NCBI GenBank assembly: GCA_022844165.1
Contig: JALHMH010000010.1
Coordinates: 1 to 64,000, forward strand
Direction of reading: 5' to 3'
Length of the DNA stretch: 64,000 bases
Source: Lysobacterales bacterium
GTDB taxonomy: Bacteria > Pseudomonadota > Gammaproteobacteria > Xanthomonadales > SZUA-5
The position numbers and the translations under genes were made by a program. Positions within the stretch are counted from its first letter, which is position 1. The number at the start of each line of letters is the position of its first letter. Shown here one piece after another: positions 32,139 to 43,832 of this stretch. Below the pieces are notes generated by a model that had not been told where the DNA came from, searched no databases, and was given only the letters and a program-made list of their open reading frames with translations.

Positions 32139-32907
32139 GCCAGCGCTCGACTTCGGCCGTTTCGCCGGAATTGCTCGCCTCTATGGCATCGCAGCTCTGC
32201 AATGCCACGCACGCGCGCACGTTGCGATAATCGGCGTTGGCGGCGTTGGCTCCTGGGCGGCAGAAGCTCTGATCCGTAGTGGTGTTGCCGCGCTCACTCT
32301 GATCGATGCCGACGATGTGTGCTTGTCCAACACCAATCGCCAATCCCATGCGCTCGCCGGCAACTTTGGCCGCCCCAAGGTTGACGTGCTCGCTGAGCGT
32401 CTCGCCGCGATTAACCCCGAGGCAAAGATCGCGGCTTGCGCTCAGTTCTTGACGCCATCGGGTCTCGATCGACTGCGTGGCTACGATGTCGTGCTCGATT
32501 GTTGCGACGCGTTTCGGGTCAAAGTAGAGATGATCGCGTATTGCCGACGGAACAAGATTCGCGTTGTTGTCGTAGGTTCCGCGGGAGGACGCGTCGATCC
32601 GACCCAGGTGCGGGTGCGTGATCTGGCGAAGACCGAGCACGATGCGCTGCTCAGTCTCGTCCGCAAGAAGCTCCGCGAAGAGTTTAAGTTTCCGCGCGGC
32701 GAAAAGCGTTACTTCGGTGTGCCTGCCGTGTATTCGCTGGAGAACGTTCGTTATCCGACGGTCGATGGCGGCGTTTGTGCGAACAAGCCGAACACGCTGG
32801 AATCAGGCCGCCTGGACTGCGGTGGGGGCCTCGGGGCCGCGATGCATGTGACGGGTGCCTTCGCGTTTGCGGCAGTGGCCGAAGTGTTGGCGCGGCTGCA
32901 GCGATGA
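32131..32907 (+). CDS. tcdA: tRNA threonylcarbamoyladenosine dehydratase
   Basis: GVGGVGSW, D.DDVC.SNTNRQ and GSAGGR.DP motifs. Confidence 0.9.
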   Translation: MLEPALDFGRFAGIARLYGIAALQCHARAHVAIIGVGGVGSWAAEALIRSGVAALTLIDADDVCLSNTNRQSHALAGNFGRPKVDVLAERLAAINPEAKIAACAQFLTPSGLDRLRGYDVVLDCCDAFRVKVEMIAYCRRNKIRVVVVGSAGGRVDPTQVRVRDLAKTEHDALLSLVRKKLREEFKFPRGEKRYFGVPAVYSLENVRYPTVDGGVCANKPNTLESGRLDCGGGLGAAMHVTGAFAFAAVAEVLARLQR

Positions 32908-33215
32908 GCCTTGCCGCTGACGGGATCTTTAAGATCGTGCGCCGAACGGAGTGGCAGCGGACACTTGCAGCGGGAATCCTCGACGGCTCCGAACACGACC
33001 GGCGCGACGGATTTATCCATCTGGCCACTGCGGATCAAGTTGCCGGTGTACTTGAACGCTACTTTTCGGGAGAACGAGATTTGTTGTTGATTCGAGTCGA
33101 CCCGTCGATGCTCGTGGACTTGCGTTGGGAGACGGGCCGTAGCGGTGTATTTCCTCACCACTACGGACCGATCTGTCTTAGCGCGCTGAAAGTGCTTTGC
33201 GTTGTTCAGCCGTAG
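32904..33215 (+). CDS. DUF952 family protein
   Basis: IFKI..EW, GS.HD.RDGFIHL and LRWE...FPH.YG motifs. Confidence 0.85.
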   Translation: MSLAADGIFKIVRRTEWQRTLAAGILDGSEHDRRDGFIHLATADQVAGVLERYFSGERDLLLIRVDPSMLVDLRWETGRSGVFPHHYGPICLSALKVLCVVQP

Positions 33216-34747
33216 GTGTAGCTGGAGCCGGGACCCAGCGGCAGACCTAGCGCCCAGTAAGCCAGCAAATACGCGGTCCAGATGACCATGAATGTGATCG
33301 AGTACGGCAGCATCAACGCCACAACGGTGCCGATACCGGTGTTCTTGACGTATTTCTGGCAGAACACAACCACAAGCGGAAAGTACGGCATCAGCGGCGT
33401 AATGATGTTGCTGGACGAATCGCCGACGCGGTAGGCGGCTTGCGTTAAATCCGGCGAGATACCCAGTTGCATCAACATCGGCACAAAGATCGGTGCCAGC
33501 AAGGTCCATTTGGCAGACGCCGATCCGATCAGCAGGTTAACGCTGGCGGTCAGCAGAATGATGCCGACCAATGTGACAGCGATCGGCATCTGTGCCGCCT
33601 TCAGGAACTCCGCGCCTTCGACGGCGATGAGCACGCCCAGATTCGATTGCGAAAACGCCGCGATGAAAATCGCGCAGCAGAACACCAGGACCAGATAGTA
33701 GCCCATCGTGCTCATTGCTTTGGACATGCCGGCAACAATGTCGCGATGCGATTTGACCGTGCCGACCATCGAGCCGTAGATCACGCCTGGAATCAAGAAC
33801 AACAGGAAGATCAAGGGTACGATTGAGCGCATCAACGGCGCATCGGTTGCCGTCAAACTGCCGCTCGGAGAGCGCCATGCCGAGTCGCTCGACATTGCAC
33901 TGAGCAACAGCAGAATCAAGGCCAACGCCATCGAGCCCAATGCGGCCCACATCGCGCGACGCTCGACAGCGTTGAGCGGATCAAACTTGTCGATGCTGGA
34001 CGTATCGCCATCGATCGGCGTGGACTTCAGGCGTGGTTCGATGATCCGGTCAGTCAGGAACCAGACGATCAGAACGACCAAAAGCGACGAGCTGAACGTG
34101 AAATACAAGTTGTTGATCGGCGATACCTGGTGCGCTGGGTCGATGATATTGGCGGCCGCGAGCGTGATGTTCGCTAACAACGGATCCAGGCTGGTCGGCA
34201 GGAAAAATGTGGCACTGTATGCGCCAGAGACCGATGCGAACGCGGCGGCAATACCAGCAAGCGGATGGCGTCCGGCCGCATAGAAGATGACGCCTGCCAG
34301 CGGCGTGACCAGGACGTAGCCGGCGTCTACCGCGTAGTGCGACAGAATGGCGACGAAAGCGACCATTGGCGTCAACAGGGATTTGATCGTCACTTGCATC
34401 AGCGCGCGCAACACCGCGTTAATGAATCCCACATGTTCGGCGATGCCCAGGCCGAGCATCGACACCAGTACCACACCAAGCGGCGGGAAGGTGACGAAGA
34501 CGTTCACCATATTCGACAAGAAAGCTGTCAGCGAAGCGCCCGACAGCAGGTTGACCACTTGCAGCGGCGCTTTGCTGCGTGGATCGATGACGTCGAAGCT
34601 CATGCTCGAAAACAGCCAGCTGGCAACGAACACGATTAACATCAGGGAGACGAAGAGCAGCGCCGGATCGGGTAGTTTGTTTCCGATCCGTTCGACAGCA
34701 TTCAGCAGGCGCGTCAAAGTCGTTGTAGGTGAGGCGGTTTGGGTCAT
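33206..34747 (-). CDS. AbgT-family transporter
   Basis: [17 protein letters not shown] and [18 protein letters not shown] motifs. Confidence 0.93.
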   Translation of the reverse strand: MTQTASPTTTLTRLLNAVERIGNKLPDPALLFVSLMLIVFVASWLFSSMSFDVIDPRSKAPLQVVNLLSGASLTAFLSNMVNVFVTFPPLGVVLVSMLGLGIAEHVGFINAVLRALMQVTIKSLLTPMVAFVAILSHYAVDAGYVLVTPLAGVIFYAAGRHPLAGIAAAFASVSGAYSATFFLPTSLDPLLANITLAAANIIDPAHQVSPINNLYFTFSSSLLVVLIVWFLTDRIIEPRLKSTPIDGDTSSIDKFDPLNAVERRAMWAALGSMALALILLLLSAMSSDSAWRSPSGSLTATDAPLMRSIVPLIFLLFLIPGVIYGSMVGTVKSHRDIVAGMSKAMSTMGYYLVLVFCCAIFIAAFSQSNLGVLIAVEGAEFLKAAQMPIAVTLVGIILLTASVNLLIGSASAKWTLLAPIFVPMLMQLGISPDLTQAAYRVGDSSSNIITPLMPYFPLVVVFCQKYVKNTGIGTVVALMLPYSITFMVIWTAYLLAYWALGLPLGPGSSYTYG

Positions 34748-34825
34748 GGCCAATCGCTATTCTTCGCAGAGCCTGGAAGCATAAGTCAGTGTTTCGTCAA
34801 AAATCCCACAATGCTGGAGAAAAGC

Positions 34826-35476
34826 ATGGATGCGACTCAACAAAAGAAGTTGTCGGCTCAGGCCGCAATGAAGTTCGTCGAGCACGGTAGCGTGGTCGGC
34901 GTGGGCACCGGCTCCACGGTCAACGAGTTCATCCCTTTGCTTGGCACCCGCAAACATGACATCGACGGTGCCGTTGCGAGTTCCGAAGCCAGCGCGGCGC
35001 TGCTTAAACAACATGGCATTCGCGTGCTCGAACTGAACAACACCGGCGATTTGCCGCTGTATGTGGATGGCGCCGACGAATGCGATCCGCACTTTCGCCT
35101 GATCAAAGGCGGTGGCGCCGCACTCACGCGAGAGAAGATCATTGCCGCTGCGTCGAAGAAATTCGTCTGTTTGATCGATCACAGCAAACGGGTTGATGTG
35201 CTTGGAAATTTCCCGCTGCCGATTGAGGTTGTCCCAATGGCCCGTAGCTATGTTGCGCGCCAGTTGGTTGCCCGCGGCGGCCATCCGGTTTGGCGACCGA
35301 ATGTTGTGACGGACAATGGTAACGTCATCCTCGATGTGCACGGGTTGCGCATTGTGCATCCTGAGGAAACGGAGCGCGATTTGAACCAGATCCCCGGTAT
35401 CGTGACAGTCGGCTTGTTCGCACTGCGCCGCGCCGATGTGGTGGTCTGCGCAGGCGAGACTTTGGAGCGTGCTTAA
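34826..35476 (+). CDS. rpiA: Ribose-5-phosphate isomerase A
   Basis: GVGTGST, DGADE and [13 protein letters not shown] motifs. Confidence 0.97.
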   Translation: MDATQQKKLSAQAAMKFVEHGSVVGVGTGSTVNEFIPLLGTRKHDIDGAVASSEASAALLKQHGIRVLELNNTGDLPLYVDGADECDPHFRLIKGGGAALTREKIIAAASKKFVCLIDHSKRVDVLGNFPLPIEVVPMARSYVARQLVARGGHPVWRPNVVTDNGNVILDVHGLRIVHPEETERDLNQIPGIVTVGLFALRRADVVVCAGETLERA

Positions 35477-35580
35477 CGGACGGACGTCGGTTTTGAGGCA
35501 AGCCTATTTTTTCCGTGACGCGACGCGCCTGGGCGTTTAGTTTAGTCGCATTGAGATGACGCGACCTTGGGGAGGCGCCA

Positions 35581-36222
35581 GTGAATCCGCGGATCCGTAT
35601 TGCCATTGTCGATGACCATGCGCTGATGCGCGCGGGCTTTCGAGCGATCCTGTCAGCACAGTCCGATCTGGAAATCGTTGGCGAAGGTGAGTGTGGCGAA
35701 GATGCGCTTGCGCTCGTGCGCGAGTTGAAGCCGGACGTTATGTTGCTCGATGTCTCGATGCCGGGAATGAGCGGCATCGACGTCACGCAACGACTAATGC
35801 TCTCCAAGAGTGCAACGCGTGTTGCCATTGTGACGATGCACGCTGATGGGCCATTGCCCAAGCTGCTGCTCGAAAACGGCGCAGCAGCTTATCTGACGAA
35901 AGGCTGCCCGGCCGAAGAATTGGTCGATGCCGTGCGCAAGATCGCCCGCGGTGGGCGCTACGTGGACCGAGCGATCGCGCAGCGTTTGGCCATTGCCAAC
36001 GCTCAAGGCGAAACGTGCCCGCTGGACGAGCTGTCAGCGCGCGAGCTGGAAGTGGCTTTGATGGTCGGGCGCGGCGAGCGTTCCAGCGATATCGCCCGGC
36101 GTCTGGCCCTCAGCGAAAAAACCGTACACACTTATAAGGCGCGCATCTACGCCAAGCTCGGCATCGACAATGATCCGGCGATTACCCTGATTTTGTTGCG
36201 CTTCGGGCTGATTTCGATGTAG
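35581..36222 (+). CDS. NarL/UvrY-family response regulator (LuxR HTH)
   Basis: VDDH, LLDVSMPG and LSARELEV..LSEKTVHTYKARIYAKL motifs. Confidence 0.92.
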   Translation: MNPRIRIAIVDDHALMRAGFRAILSAQSDLEIVGEGECGEDALALVRELKPDVMLLDVSMPGMSGIDVTQRLMLSKSATRVAIVTMHADGPLPKLLLENGAAAYLTKGCPAEELVDAVRKIARGGRYVDRAIAQRLAIANAQGETCPLDELSARELEVALMVGRGERSSDIARRLALSEKTVHTYKARIYAKLGIDNDPAITLILLRFGLISM

Positions 36223-36302
36223 GTCAGGTTGTCACCATCGGCAACCAGTATTTGCGGGTGGTCGAACTCGCGGCCCAATTCCTTTTTTGCAAGATAATTT
36301 TC

Positions 36303-37445
36303 ATGTCCGAACCGATTCCAGCGTTTTCCGGCGAACAGACAGCGATGGTCGCCAATAACGCCCTGCCGCAATTAAGTCCGACGCAACGCAAATTCCAAAA
36401 ACTGTCTCGTCAGGTCGAGGGGCAGAAGGCGTATCTGATTGAACTGAAGGACGTTTTGCAGCGGCTGCAAAGTCGGGCGGCAGGAGAGCTGCTGCCGATC
36501 CACGAACGCTTTACCCTTGCGCGACGGGCTTTGGTCCAGGCCATCGACGCGGCGTTTCAAGAAGGCGTTAAGCTGGGACGCAATCAGCGCCGAAACGTCG
36601 TTTCGTGGTTGCTTCAACTGTGCGATGCGTTGTTGAGTGAAGACCGGGAAGACGAGCCGACTCGTGCGGTCTACGATCGGCATAGCGATCTGCCGTGGCA
36701 ACAGATGCACAGCGACCGCAGCGATTTTCTGCAGGCGTTCGAAGACGAGCTGATGCGCAATATGTTTGGCGATGAAGTTGTCGACGTTCGTAAAGGCGAT
36801 GGGTTCGGGGACTTCCTGAGCGGCATGGAAGCAGATGGGGGTGCCGCGCCGAGCAAACCGCAACGCAAGCCCAGTAAACGCCAACTGGAGAAACAAGCAC
36901 AACGCGAACGGGAAGAGAGAGAAGCCAGTCAGAGCGTGCGCGAGATCTATCGCAAGCTGGCGAGCGCAGTCCACCCGGACCGTGAGGTCGATGCGGAGCG
37001 TAAGGCCCAACGCACGGAACTGATGCAACGGATCAACAGCGCATACGAGGCCAACGACTTGCTGGCGCTGTTGGCGCTGCAGCGTCAGGCGGAAGGTTTC
37101 GCCGCCGAGGAGGCGATGAATGCATCGGAAGAGCGGCTGAAAATCTTTGTTCGACTGCTTAAGGAACAGGTCGAGGCATTGACCGATGAGGTCAATGAAC
37201 TTCTCGTCGTATTGCGCAGTCTGGCGGGCGCAAAGGGACGCTGGATGAACAGGGCGACGGATTTTGAAGCGGATTTCGAGATCGGTTTGCGCGAGGCAAA
37301 AAGAGAGCTGCGGTTGATCGAAAACGACTTGTCGCTGGCGCGCAGTCCAGCGACGGTGAGTGAGTACCTGCGCTCGCTGGCCGAGACGCTTCGTCTCCGC
37401 AATCAACGCGCCCGTCGCGAACCACGCGGTGCGAATCGGTGGTAG
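36303..37445 (+). CDS. Coiled-coil protein with an internal J domain
   Basis: SVREIYRKLASAVHPDRE..LMQRINSAY, an HPD-containing J domain in mid-protein. Confidence 0.8.
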   Translation: MSEPIPAFSGEQTAMVANNALPQLSPTQRKFQKLSRQVEGQKAYLIELKDVLQRLQSRAAGELLPIHERFTLARRALVQAIDAAFQEGVKLGRNQRRNVVSWLLQLCDALLSEDREDEPTRAVYDRHSDLPWQQMHSDRSDFLQAFEDELMRNMFGDEVVDVRKGDGFGDFLSGMEADGGAAPSKPQRKPSKRQLEKQAQREREEREASQSVREIYRKLASAVHPDREVDAERKAQRTELMQRINSAYEANDLLALLALQRQAEGFAAEEAMNASEERLKIFVRLLKEQVEALTDEVNELLVVLRSLAGAKGRWMNRATDFEADFEIGLREAKRELRLIENDLSLARSPATVSEYLRSLAETLRLRNQRARREPRGANRW

Positions 37446-37535
37446 CTCATGACGGTTCAATGAATCTGCAACCACCCGAACCGTCATCACAGTTGGGCTG
37501 ATATTGTCGGCATCACCCCCCGGTGAGTAGCTGCC

Positions 37536-39851
37536 GTGTCCGACGCCCCCGCTCTGCCGCTCGATCGCCTGCTACGCCCGCGCTCGTTGGCATTGATTGG
37601 TGCCAGCGATCAACCGGACTCGCTGGGCACCACGATCGTGCAGCAGGTGCTGAGTAGTCCGTTTGCTGGCGACGTACACCTGGTCAATCGACATCGCGCG
37701 ACGGTGTTTGACCGCCCCACGCTCAACGATGCTGGATACCTGCCGGGTGACGTCGATCTGGCGATCGTGATGACGCCATGGGTGACCGTGCCGCAAGTGA
37801 TCGATGCCCTGACGGAACGACGATGCGCCGCGGCGGTGATTGTCGATATCGCCAGCGAACGTGGGTGGCCCTGGGCCTCAACAGCGCACGTGTTGACGCG
37901 GCTCAAGAAACGCCTGGCCAGGTCCGGGATGTGTGTGATCGGTCCGGCCAGCCAGGGCGTCATGTTGGCGCGCGAACAATTGAATCTGAGCCTGTGTCCG
38001 GTGATGCCGCCGCCGGGGGGTATCGGCTTTGTCGCAGCTTCGGGCGCGATCGCCAGCGTCATCGCCGATTGGGCGCAAACGCGGGGCGTCGGCATGTCGG
38101 CGTTGTTGTCGCTTGGCGATGCGATCGACGTGTCGTTGGCCGATTGTCTTGATGCGTTTGCACGCGATCCGAAGACACGCGCCGTATTGGTGCATTTGGG
38201 CGACTTGCCGAATCCGCGGGAAACGCTCTCGGCTGCGCGTGCGTTAGCTTTCAAGAAGCCCGTCGTCGTGCTGCGCTCGCAACGCCATGGCGACGCTGAC
38301 GCTGTGCTGAGCAATGCCCTGCACCGCGCGGCATTCCTGCGCGCAGGTCTGCTTCAGGTCGACGATTTGGAGGAATTGTGTGCCGCGACGAACGTCGATT
38401 TGCCGGCCTGGCCACATGCCGGCAAGCGCTTTGCGATCGTCGCGAATGGCCCGGCGTTGGGCGAACTGGCGGCCGATGCCGTTATCGCGAGCGACAGCGA
38501 ACTGGCGGTTTTAACGCCCACCACCGTCAAAGCGCTGCGCCAATTGTTGCCGCCGCGTTCCGACATCGCCAATCCCCTCGACTTAAAGCGCGATGCGGGG
38601 CCTGAGCGTTACAACTCGGCACTGAAGCTGTTGGCGGTGGATCCAGCTGTCGATGTGGTCCTGCTGCTGCATCATCCAACACGTTTTGCGCAAGGCGAAG
38701 AAATCGCGGCTGCGCTCGACAGCGTCGATCACCATGATGCATTGGCATTGGCGGCGTTTGCCGGCGCCGAGCAGCAACGTGCGCGTCGTATGCTTGCAGA
38801 GCATGGCATCGCAGCGTTTCCAACGCCGGAATCTGCGGTGCGCGCTTACGCATTGAACCGTCGACACTATGCCCAGAAAGCTGGGCTGCTGAAGACGCCG
38901 CCGCCACTGCAACGTTGGCCAGACGTGCGTCTGGCCGCGTTCCAGGACATCGCACGCGATGGCGATTGGCCGACGGAACAAATTCGGGCACTCATTGCAC
39001 TGATGAAGTTGTCGATCGACTTCGACGAAGTTCCGGGCGCGGTCGCGCTCACGCTTGAGGCGCATCCGTTCGGTCTGCACGCACGGGCTGGCGAGAGGAT
39101 CGAGTTTTTTCCGTTGGATCGCGCCCGCGCTGCAAATCTGACACTTGAGGTTCCGCCGGCCTTCGCTGGCCAGTGGGCGGCGGATGTGTTGGTGATGGCC
39201 GACTGGATGAGCGCGCTGCCCATGTTGCGCAACATCCGTATCAGCAACTTGCGCGCGGACACCCTGGGGCGGCTGGTCGCGCGCATCGACGTGCGTTGTG
39301 ATCTCGCCGCGAAGCGTACCGCCTTCGCCTTCGCACCGTATCCGTGGCAGCTGTTGCAGGAAGTGGTTCTGCCTACCGGCGAGGTCGGACTGTTACGTGC
39401 GATCCGCGCGGAAGATGAGCCGGCGCTGCAAGAAGGTTTCACGCGGCTCAGTCCAGAGGAGATCAGGCTGCGCTTTCTTTATCCACTGAAGGGGCTGACG
39501 CACGATTTAGCGGCGCGCTTGACGCAACTCGATGATGATCGCGAAATCGCGCTGGTGGTCACGGATCTCGAGCCGCCGGGTCAAGCGCGATTGATGAGCG
39601 TGGTTCGCGCCAGTCTCGATCCGCAGCGCCGCGAAGCCGAATTTGCGATCGTGATTCCTAAACAACTGAGTGGTGCCGGGCTCGGTACCCGGCTGCTACG
39701 TCAATTGATCGATATCGTCCGTGAGCGCGGGATCCGCCGCATGGTCGGCGACACGCTGCCGGAAAATGAGCCCATGCGCCGGCTTGCTGCCAAGCTCGGG
39801 TTCCAGGAGCGCTTCGTCGATTCCCTGGTGCGCCTGGAGTTGGATTTGTAG
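37536..39851 (+). CDS. Pat/YfiQ-like acetate-CoA ligase family protein with C-terminal GNAT (protein acetyltransferase)
   Basis: LLRPRSLALIGAS CoA-binding domain, SGAI, NPLDL; C-terminal GNAT (RLRF..., EAEFAIV..GLG..L, N.PM..LA.KLGF). Confidence 0.85.
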   Translation: MSDAPALPLDRLLRPRSLALIGASDQPDSLGTTIVQQVLSSPFAGDVHLVNRHRATVFDRPTLNDAGYLPGDVDLAIVMTPWVTVPQVIDALTERRCAAAVIVDIASERGWPWASTAHVLTRLKKRLARSGMCVIGPASQGVMLAREQLNLSLCPVMPPPGGIGFVAASGAIASVIADWAQTRGVGMSALLSLGDAIDVSLADCLDAFARDPKTRAVLVHLGDLPNPRETLSAARALAFKKPVVVLRSQRHGDADAVLSNALHRAAFLRAGLLQVDDLEELCAATNVDLPAWPHAGKRFAIVANGPALGELAADAVIASDSELAVLTPTTVKALRQLLPPRSDIANPLDLKRDAGPERYNSALKLLAVDPAVDVVLLLHHPTRFAQGEEIAAALDSVDHHDALALAAFAGAEQQRARRMLAEHGIAAFPTPESAVRAYALNRRHYAQKAGLLKTPPPLQRWPDVRLAAFQDIARDGDWPTEQIRALIALMKLSIDFDEVPGAVALTLEAHPFGLHARAGERIEFFPLDRARAANLTLEVPPAFAGQWAADVLVMADWMSALPMLRNIRISNLRADTLGRLVARIDVRCDLAAKRTAFAFAPYPWQLLQEVVLPTGEVGLLRAIRAEDEPALQEGFTRLSPEEIRLRFLYPLKGLTHDLAARLTQLDDDREIALVVTDLEPPGQARLMSVVRASLDPQRREAEFAIVIPKQLSGAGLGTRLLRQLIDIVRERGIRRMVGDTLPENEPMRRLAAKLGFQERFVDSLVRLELDL

Positions 39852-39876
39852 CGTCAGGCGAACGCGCGCCGCGTAT

Positions 39877-39958
39877 GCAGCGCTCAATGGGGGTTGTGGC
39901 AAGTACGGTGTCTGGCGAAGCCAACAATGCTCGGCAGTCTGAGGCGAAGCCTCGCTAC
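39877..39958 (-). repeat. Dispersed REP/MITE-like repeat, short copy B
   Basis: Minus strand GTAGCGAGGCTTCGCCTCAGACTGCCGAGCATTGTTGGCTTCGCCAGACACCGTACTTGCCACAACCCCCATTGAGCGCTGC; its TAG is the ychF stop. Confidence 0.85.
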
Positions 39959-41046
39959 ACATTGAATCGAAAGTGCAGTACATCGCCCTCTTGCACGATG
40001 TATTCCTTGCCTTCCAAACGCAGTTTGCCGGCTTCTTTTGCGCCCGCTTCGCCTCTGAGCCGGATGTAGTCGTCATAACCGATGGTCTCGGCGCGAATAA
40101 AGCCTTTTTCAAAGTCGGTATGGATCACACCTGCCGATTGCGGTGCGGTGAATCCGGCTTTGATGGTCCAGGCGCGCACTTCTTTTTCGCCAGCGGTAAA
40201 GTAAGTCCGAAGCCCCAGCAGTTTGTACCCCGCCCGTATGACTCGGTTGAGTCCGGGTTCGTCCAGGCCCATGTCTGCCAGGAAGGCGCCGCGATCGGCC
40301 TCATCCAGCTGACTCAACTCTTCTTCGATGGCCGCCGAAACGGGCACCACTTCGGCGCTCTCGGTCGCGGCCCGTGCTCGAACGGCATCGAGATGGGAAT
40401 TGTGAGTGAAACCGTCCTCGCGCACATTGGCGACGTACATCACTGGTTTCATCGTCAGCAGAAACAACTCGCGCAGCATTGCCTTCTCTTCCGGCGCGAG
40501 TTCGACGCTTCGCGCAGGCTTGCCCTGGTTCAAGGCGTCGCGAACTTTCGTCAGCACCGGTTTGCGTGCGATGGCGTCCTTGTCGTTGGCCTTTGCGGCG
40601 CGCTCAGCGCGATTCAACGCTTTCTCGACGCTATCGAGATCGGCCAGAGCCAGTTCCGTGTCGATCGTGTCGATATCCGACATTGGGTCGACTTTGCCGG
40701 CGACGTGGATGATGTCGCTGTGCTCGAAACAGCGCACCACATGCGCAATCGCATCCACCTCGCGAATGTGCGCCAGGAACTGGTTGCCCAAACCCTCGCC
40801 TTGCGCGGCACCTTTCACCAACCCGGCGATATCGACAAATTCGATCGTCGTCGGGATGATCTTCAGCGGTTTGGCGATCGATGCCAAGGCATCCAGCCGT
40901 GGATCCGGCACTGGCACCGCGCCAATATTCGGATCGATCGTGCAGAACGGATAATTGGCGGCAGCAATGCCGGCTTTGGTCAACGCATTAAAAAGTGTCG
41001 ATTTGCCCACGTTTGGCAAGCCGACAATGCCGCATTTGATCCCCAT
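39955..41046 (-). CDS. ychF: Ribosome-binding ATPase YchF
   Basis: [29 protein letters not shown] and TGS-like C-terminus FRFNV. Confidence 0.98.
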   Translation of the reverse strand: MGIKCGIVGLPNVGKSTLFNALTKAGIAAANYPFCTIDPNIGAVPVPDPRLDALASIAKPLKIIPTTIEFVDIAGLVKGAAQGEGLGNQFLAHIREVDAIAHVVRCFEHSDIIHVAGKVDPMSDIDTIDTELALADLDSVEKALNRAERAAKANDKDAIARKPVLTKVRDALNQGKPARSVELAPEEKAMLRELFLLTMKPVMYVANVREDGFTHNSHLDAVRARAATESAEVVPVSAAIEEELSQLDEADRGAFLADMGLDEPGLNRVIRAGYKLLGLRTYFTAGEKEVRAWTIKAGFTAPQSAGVIHTDFEKGFIRAETIGYDDYIRLRGEAGAKEAGKLRLEGKEYIVQEGDVLHFRFNV

Positions 41047-41162
41047 GATGACCTGGTCCGTCGTTCGAGGGCGCGGAGTCTACGCGGTAGTGGCTGGCAT
41101 CGCTGAAGATCTGATGAAGCGGATGCTGCACATAGCGTGCAGGAATAGCGCTACCGGCAGGT

Positions 41163-41855
41163 TTAGATGCCGACCTCAGGCGCCGCAATTTTCCCGCCCT
41201 TCATCTCCAGCACCCGATCCATGCGTGCTGCGAGGCGCTTGTCGTGCGTCACGATCACGAGGCTCGTGCCAATTTCGCGGTTCAAGGACAGCATTAGTTC
41301 GTAGACTGCACCGGCGGTGCGCTCATCGAGATTGCCCGTGGGCTCATCGCCCAGCACGCATGCCGGTTTGGTGATCAGCGCCCGCGCCACGGCGGCGCGC
41401 TGACGTTCCCCACCCGATAGTTCACCCGGCTTGTGCTCCAGCCGTGGTCTCAAGCCCACGCGATCGAGCAGGTCGGCGGCGCGCGCCATCGCATCAGCCG
41501 GCTTCTGCCCCGCAATCAGCAGCGGCATTGCGACATTCTCTTGCGCAGTGAACTCCGGCAACAGATGGTGGAACTGGTAGACAAAACCAAGTGCCCGGTT
41601 GCGCAATCGACCACGCTCGGCGTCACTCAACTGGCTCATCGTTTTGCCGAGAACCTGTACCTCTCCGGCGGTGGGCAGATCGAGCCCACCCAGGATATGC
41701 AGCAAGGTGCTCTTGCCGGCGCCAGAGGAACCAATGATCGCCACACTCTCTCCACCACGGACCGCGATATCGACATCGCGCAGAACCTCCACCCGCAAAC
41801 TGCCGTCGACGAATACCTTGCTGATACCGGTGGCCTGGAGAACGATGTCATTCAT
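41163..41855 (-). CDS. lolD: Lipoprotein-releasing ABC transporter ATPase
   Basis: [18 protein letters not shown] and [16 protein letters not shown] motifs. Confidence 0.95.
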   Translation of the reverse strand: MNDIVLQATGISKVFVDGSLRVEVLRDVDIAVRGGESVAIIGSSGAGKSTLLHILGGLDLPTAGEVQVLGKTMSQLSDAERGRLRNRALGFVYQFHHLLPEFTAQENVAMPLLIAGQKPADAMARAADLLDRVGLRPRLEHKPGELSGGERQRAAVARALITKPACVLGDEPTGNLDERTAGAVYELMLSLNREIGTSLVIVTHDKRLAARMDRVLEMKGGKIAAPEVGI

Positions 41856-43098
41856 AGCGCAGCGCCTGCGCCGGTTGTGTGCGCGCCGCTCGCCATGACG
41901 GGTACAGCGTGGCCAGCGCCGAAAACACGATCGATAACACACCGATTCTGGCCACATCGGGGTATCTCAATTCGCTCGGTAGCTGGTTGATGTAGTAGAT
42001 ATCGCCGGGCATCGCTTCGAATCCGAAGGTGCGTTCCAGGAAGGGAACGATGATGTGGATGTTCTCCGCAATCGCCACGCCGCCAGCCAACCCCATCAAC
42101 GTGCCGATCACACCGGCAGTCAAGCCCTGAATGATGAAGATCCCCATGACCAGACGCGGACTGGCTCCGAGCGTGCGCAAGATGGCGATATCTGCCTGTT
42201 TGTCGGTCACGACCATCACCAGAGTCGATACCAGATTAAACGCGGCTACGGCGACGATCAGCGACAAGATGATGAACATCACGAACTTCTCGGTTTTCAC
42301 CGCACGAAAGAAGTTGACGTTCTGCTGCGTCCAGTCGCTGACGCGATACTCCTCGCCGAGCATCGTGCCGACATCGGTTGCCACGCGCCATGCCTTGAAC
42401 ATGTCGGTCAGTTTCAGTCGCACGCCGCTGACGCCATTGCCCTCGCGAAACAACCTGGCGGCATCTTCGATGTGCACAAAGGCGAACCCGCGGTCGTATT
42501 CGAACATGCCGACCTCGAAAATGCCGCTGACTTCGAAACGCCGCATCTGTGGAATGACGCCCACTGGCGTTGCGCGCATCTGCGGCGCCATCAAGGTGAC
42601 ATAGTCGCCGACGCGCACGCCCAACAAATAGGCCAGCTCGCTGCCGAGCACGATGCGGTACTCGCCGCTGACCAGACTATCGAAGGAGCCGTGCTGCATT
42701 TTTTCGGTGACTTCCGACACGCCGCCTTCGAGTTGCGGCACGACGCCGCGAATCATCACGCCAGAGATGCGCCGCGATTGCAGCATGCCCTCGCGCTCGA
42801 TATACGGTGCGGCGCCGATCACCTCTGGGTTCTGCAGGGCAGCATCGGCAACCCGTTGCCAGTTGTCCAGGCTCGCACCTGGTTGGGTGATCGTGGCGTG
42901 CGACACCATGCCCAGAATGCGCGCGCGCAGCTCACGTTCGAAACCGTTCATCACAGAGATGACGATGATCAGCGCCGCCACGCCAAGCGCGATGCCCAGC
43001 ATCGATACTAAGGAAATAAATGAGATGAAGTGGTTGCGCCGTTTGGCGCCGGTGTAGCGCAAGCCAATGGCGGCAGACAGGGGATGAAAGAGGCGCAT
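41848..43098 (-). CDS. lolC: Lipoprotein-releasing ABC transporter permease (LolC/LolE/LolF)
   Basis: GLRYT..KRRN.FISFIS, SVMNGF and [10 protein letters not shown] motifs. Confidence 0.92.
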   Translation of the reverse strand: MRLFHPLSAAIGLRYTGAKRRNHFISFISLVSMLGIALGVAALIIVISVMNGFERELRARILGMVSHATITQPGASLDNWQRVADAALQNPEVIGAAPYIEREGMLQSRRISGVMIRGVVPQLEGGVSEVTEKMQHGSFDSLVSGEYRIVLGSELAYLLGVRVGDYVTLMAPQMRATPVGVIPQMRRFEVSGIFEVGMFEYDRGFAFVHIEDAARLFREGNGVSGVRLKLTDMFKAWRVATDVGTMLGEEYRVSDWTQQNVNFFRAVKTEKFVMFIILSLIVAVAAFNLVSTLVMVVTDKQADIAILRTLGASPRLVMGIFIIQGLTAGVIGTLMGLAGGVAIAENIHIIVPFLERTFGFEAMPGDIYYINQLPSELRYPDVARIGVLSIVFSALATLYPSWRAARTQPAQALRYE

Positions 43099-43198
43099 TT
43101 AGTGGTGCACGCCTTCGTAGGCTGACGATTTCAACCAAAACTCCTTTTGCGAGCCGGTCACGTGGACCGACGACATTGCTGTCCGACGTTTCGCCATG

Positions 43199-43621
43199 CT
43201 ACGTCGCCGGATTCCCCGCAAGCCACAGTCGCAGTCGATGATCTTGCTCTGCGTTCAGCCGATCTCGATACAGTGGCGCCGACCAGCGGTCGTCGTTCCG
43301 CGACAAAGTCAAGGTTGGGACGCCGAGCAATCGACTCGCTTGCTCCAGTGTCGCTGGCAATGGAGGGTTGTTGCCCTGACGTACCGCCAACAAGCCATCG
43401 GCGTAAAACACGGCGGTCAGCCCAGCGCGGCGCTGGGCACTGCGTTGATACTGTCGACAAATTACAGCGACGGCCGCCACCAGAACAAATTGGTAACCGA
43501 ACCAAAGGTCCGAGGCGGCGATGCCGATCAGTGCGAAGACGACGGCAGCCATCGCCCAGCGGCGTTCGTGGCGCCCTGCAGACAGGTCAATTTCGAAGGG
43601 TGCTGCCAATGCGTTCGACAA
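43199..43621 (-). CDS. Small membrane protein, YgfX-like
   Basis: Two N-terminal TM segments and C-terminal HRLRLWL; directly downstream of sdhE. Start uncertain. Confidence 0.55.
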   Translation of the reverse strand: MSNALAAPFEIDLSAGRHERRWAMAAVVFALIGIAASDLWFGYQFVLVAAVAVICRQYQRSAQRRAGLTAVFYADGLLAVRQGNNPPLPATLEQASRLLGVPTLTLSRNDDRWSAPLYRDRLNAEQDHRLRLWLAGNPAT

Positions 43622-43832
43622 GGGCCTTGAACTCCATGGCAGGCGCCTCATGGCCCATGAACCATCGCCACAGCGCATCGTCTTCCACGCCGAGCAGCGC
43701 GGTAAACTCCGTGCGCGCGTCAGCATTCATGCCTGGCCACTCGCGATCAAGAAAGGTCGATAACAGCACATCGAGTTCACGCATCCCGCGGCGACACCGC
43801 CAGCGCAGGCGTTTGAGTTCGTCTTCGTTCAT
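43587..43832 (-). CDS. sdhE: FAD assembly factor SdhE
   Basis: RLRWRCRRGMRELD motif. Confidence 0.93.
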   Translation of the reverse strand: MNEDELKRLRWRCRRGMRELDVLLSTFLDREWPGMNADARTEFTALLGVEDDALWRWFMGHEAPAMEFKALVERIGSTLRN

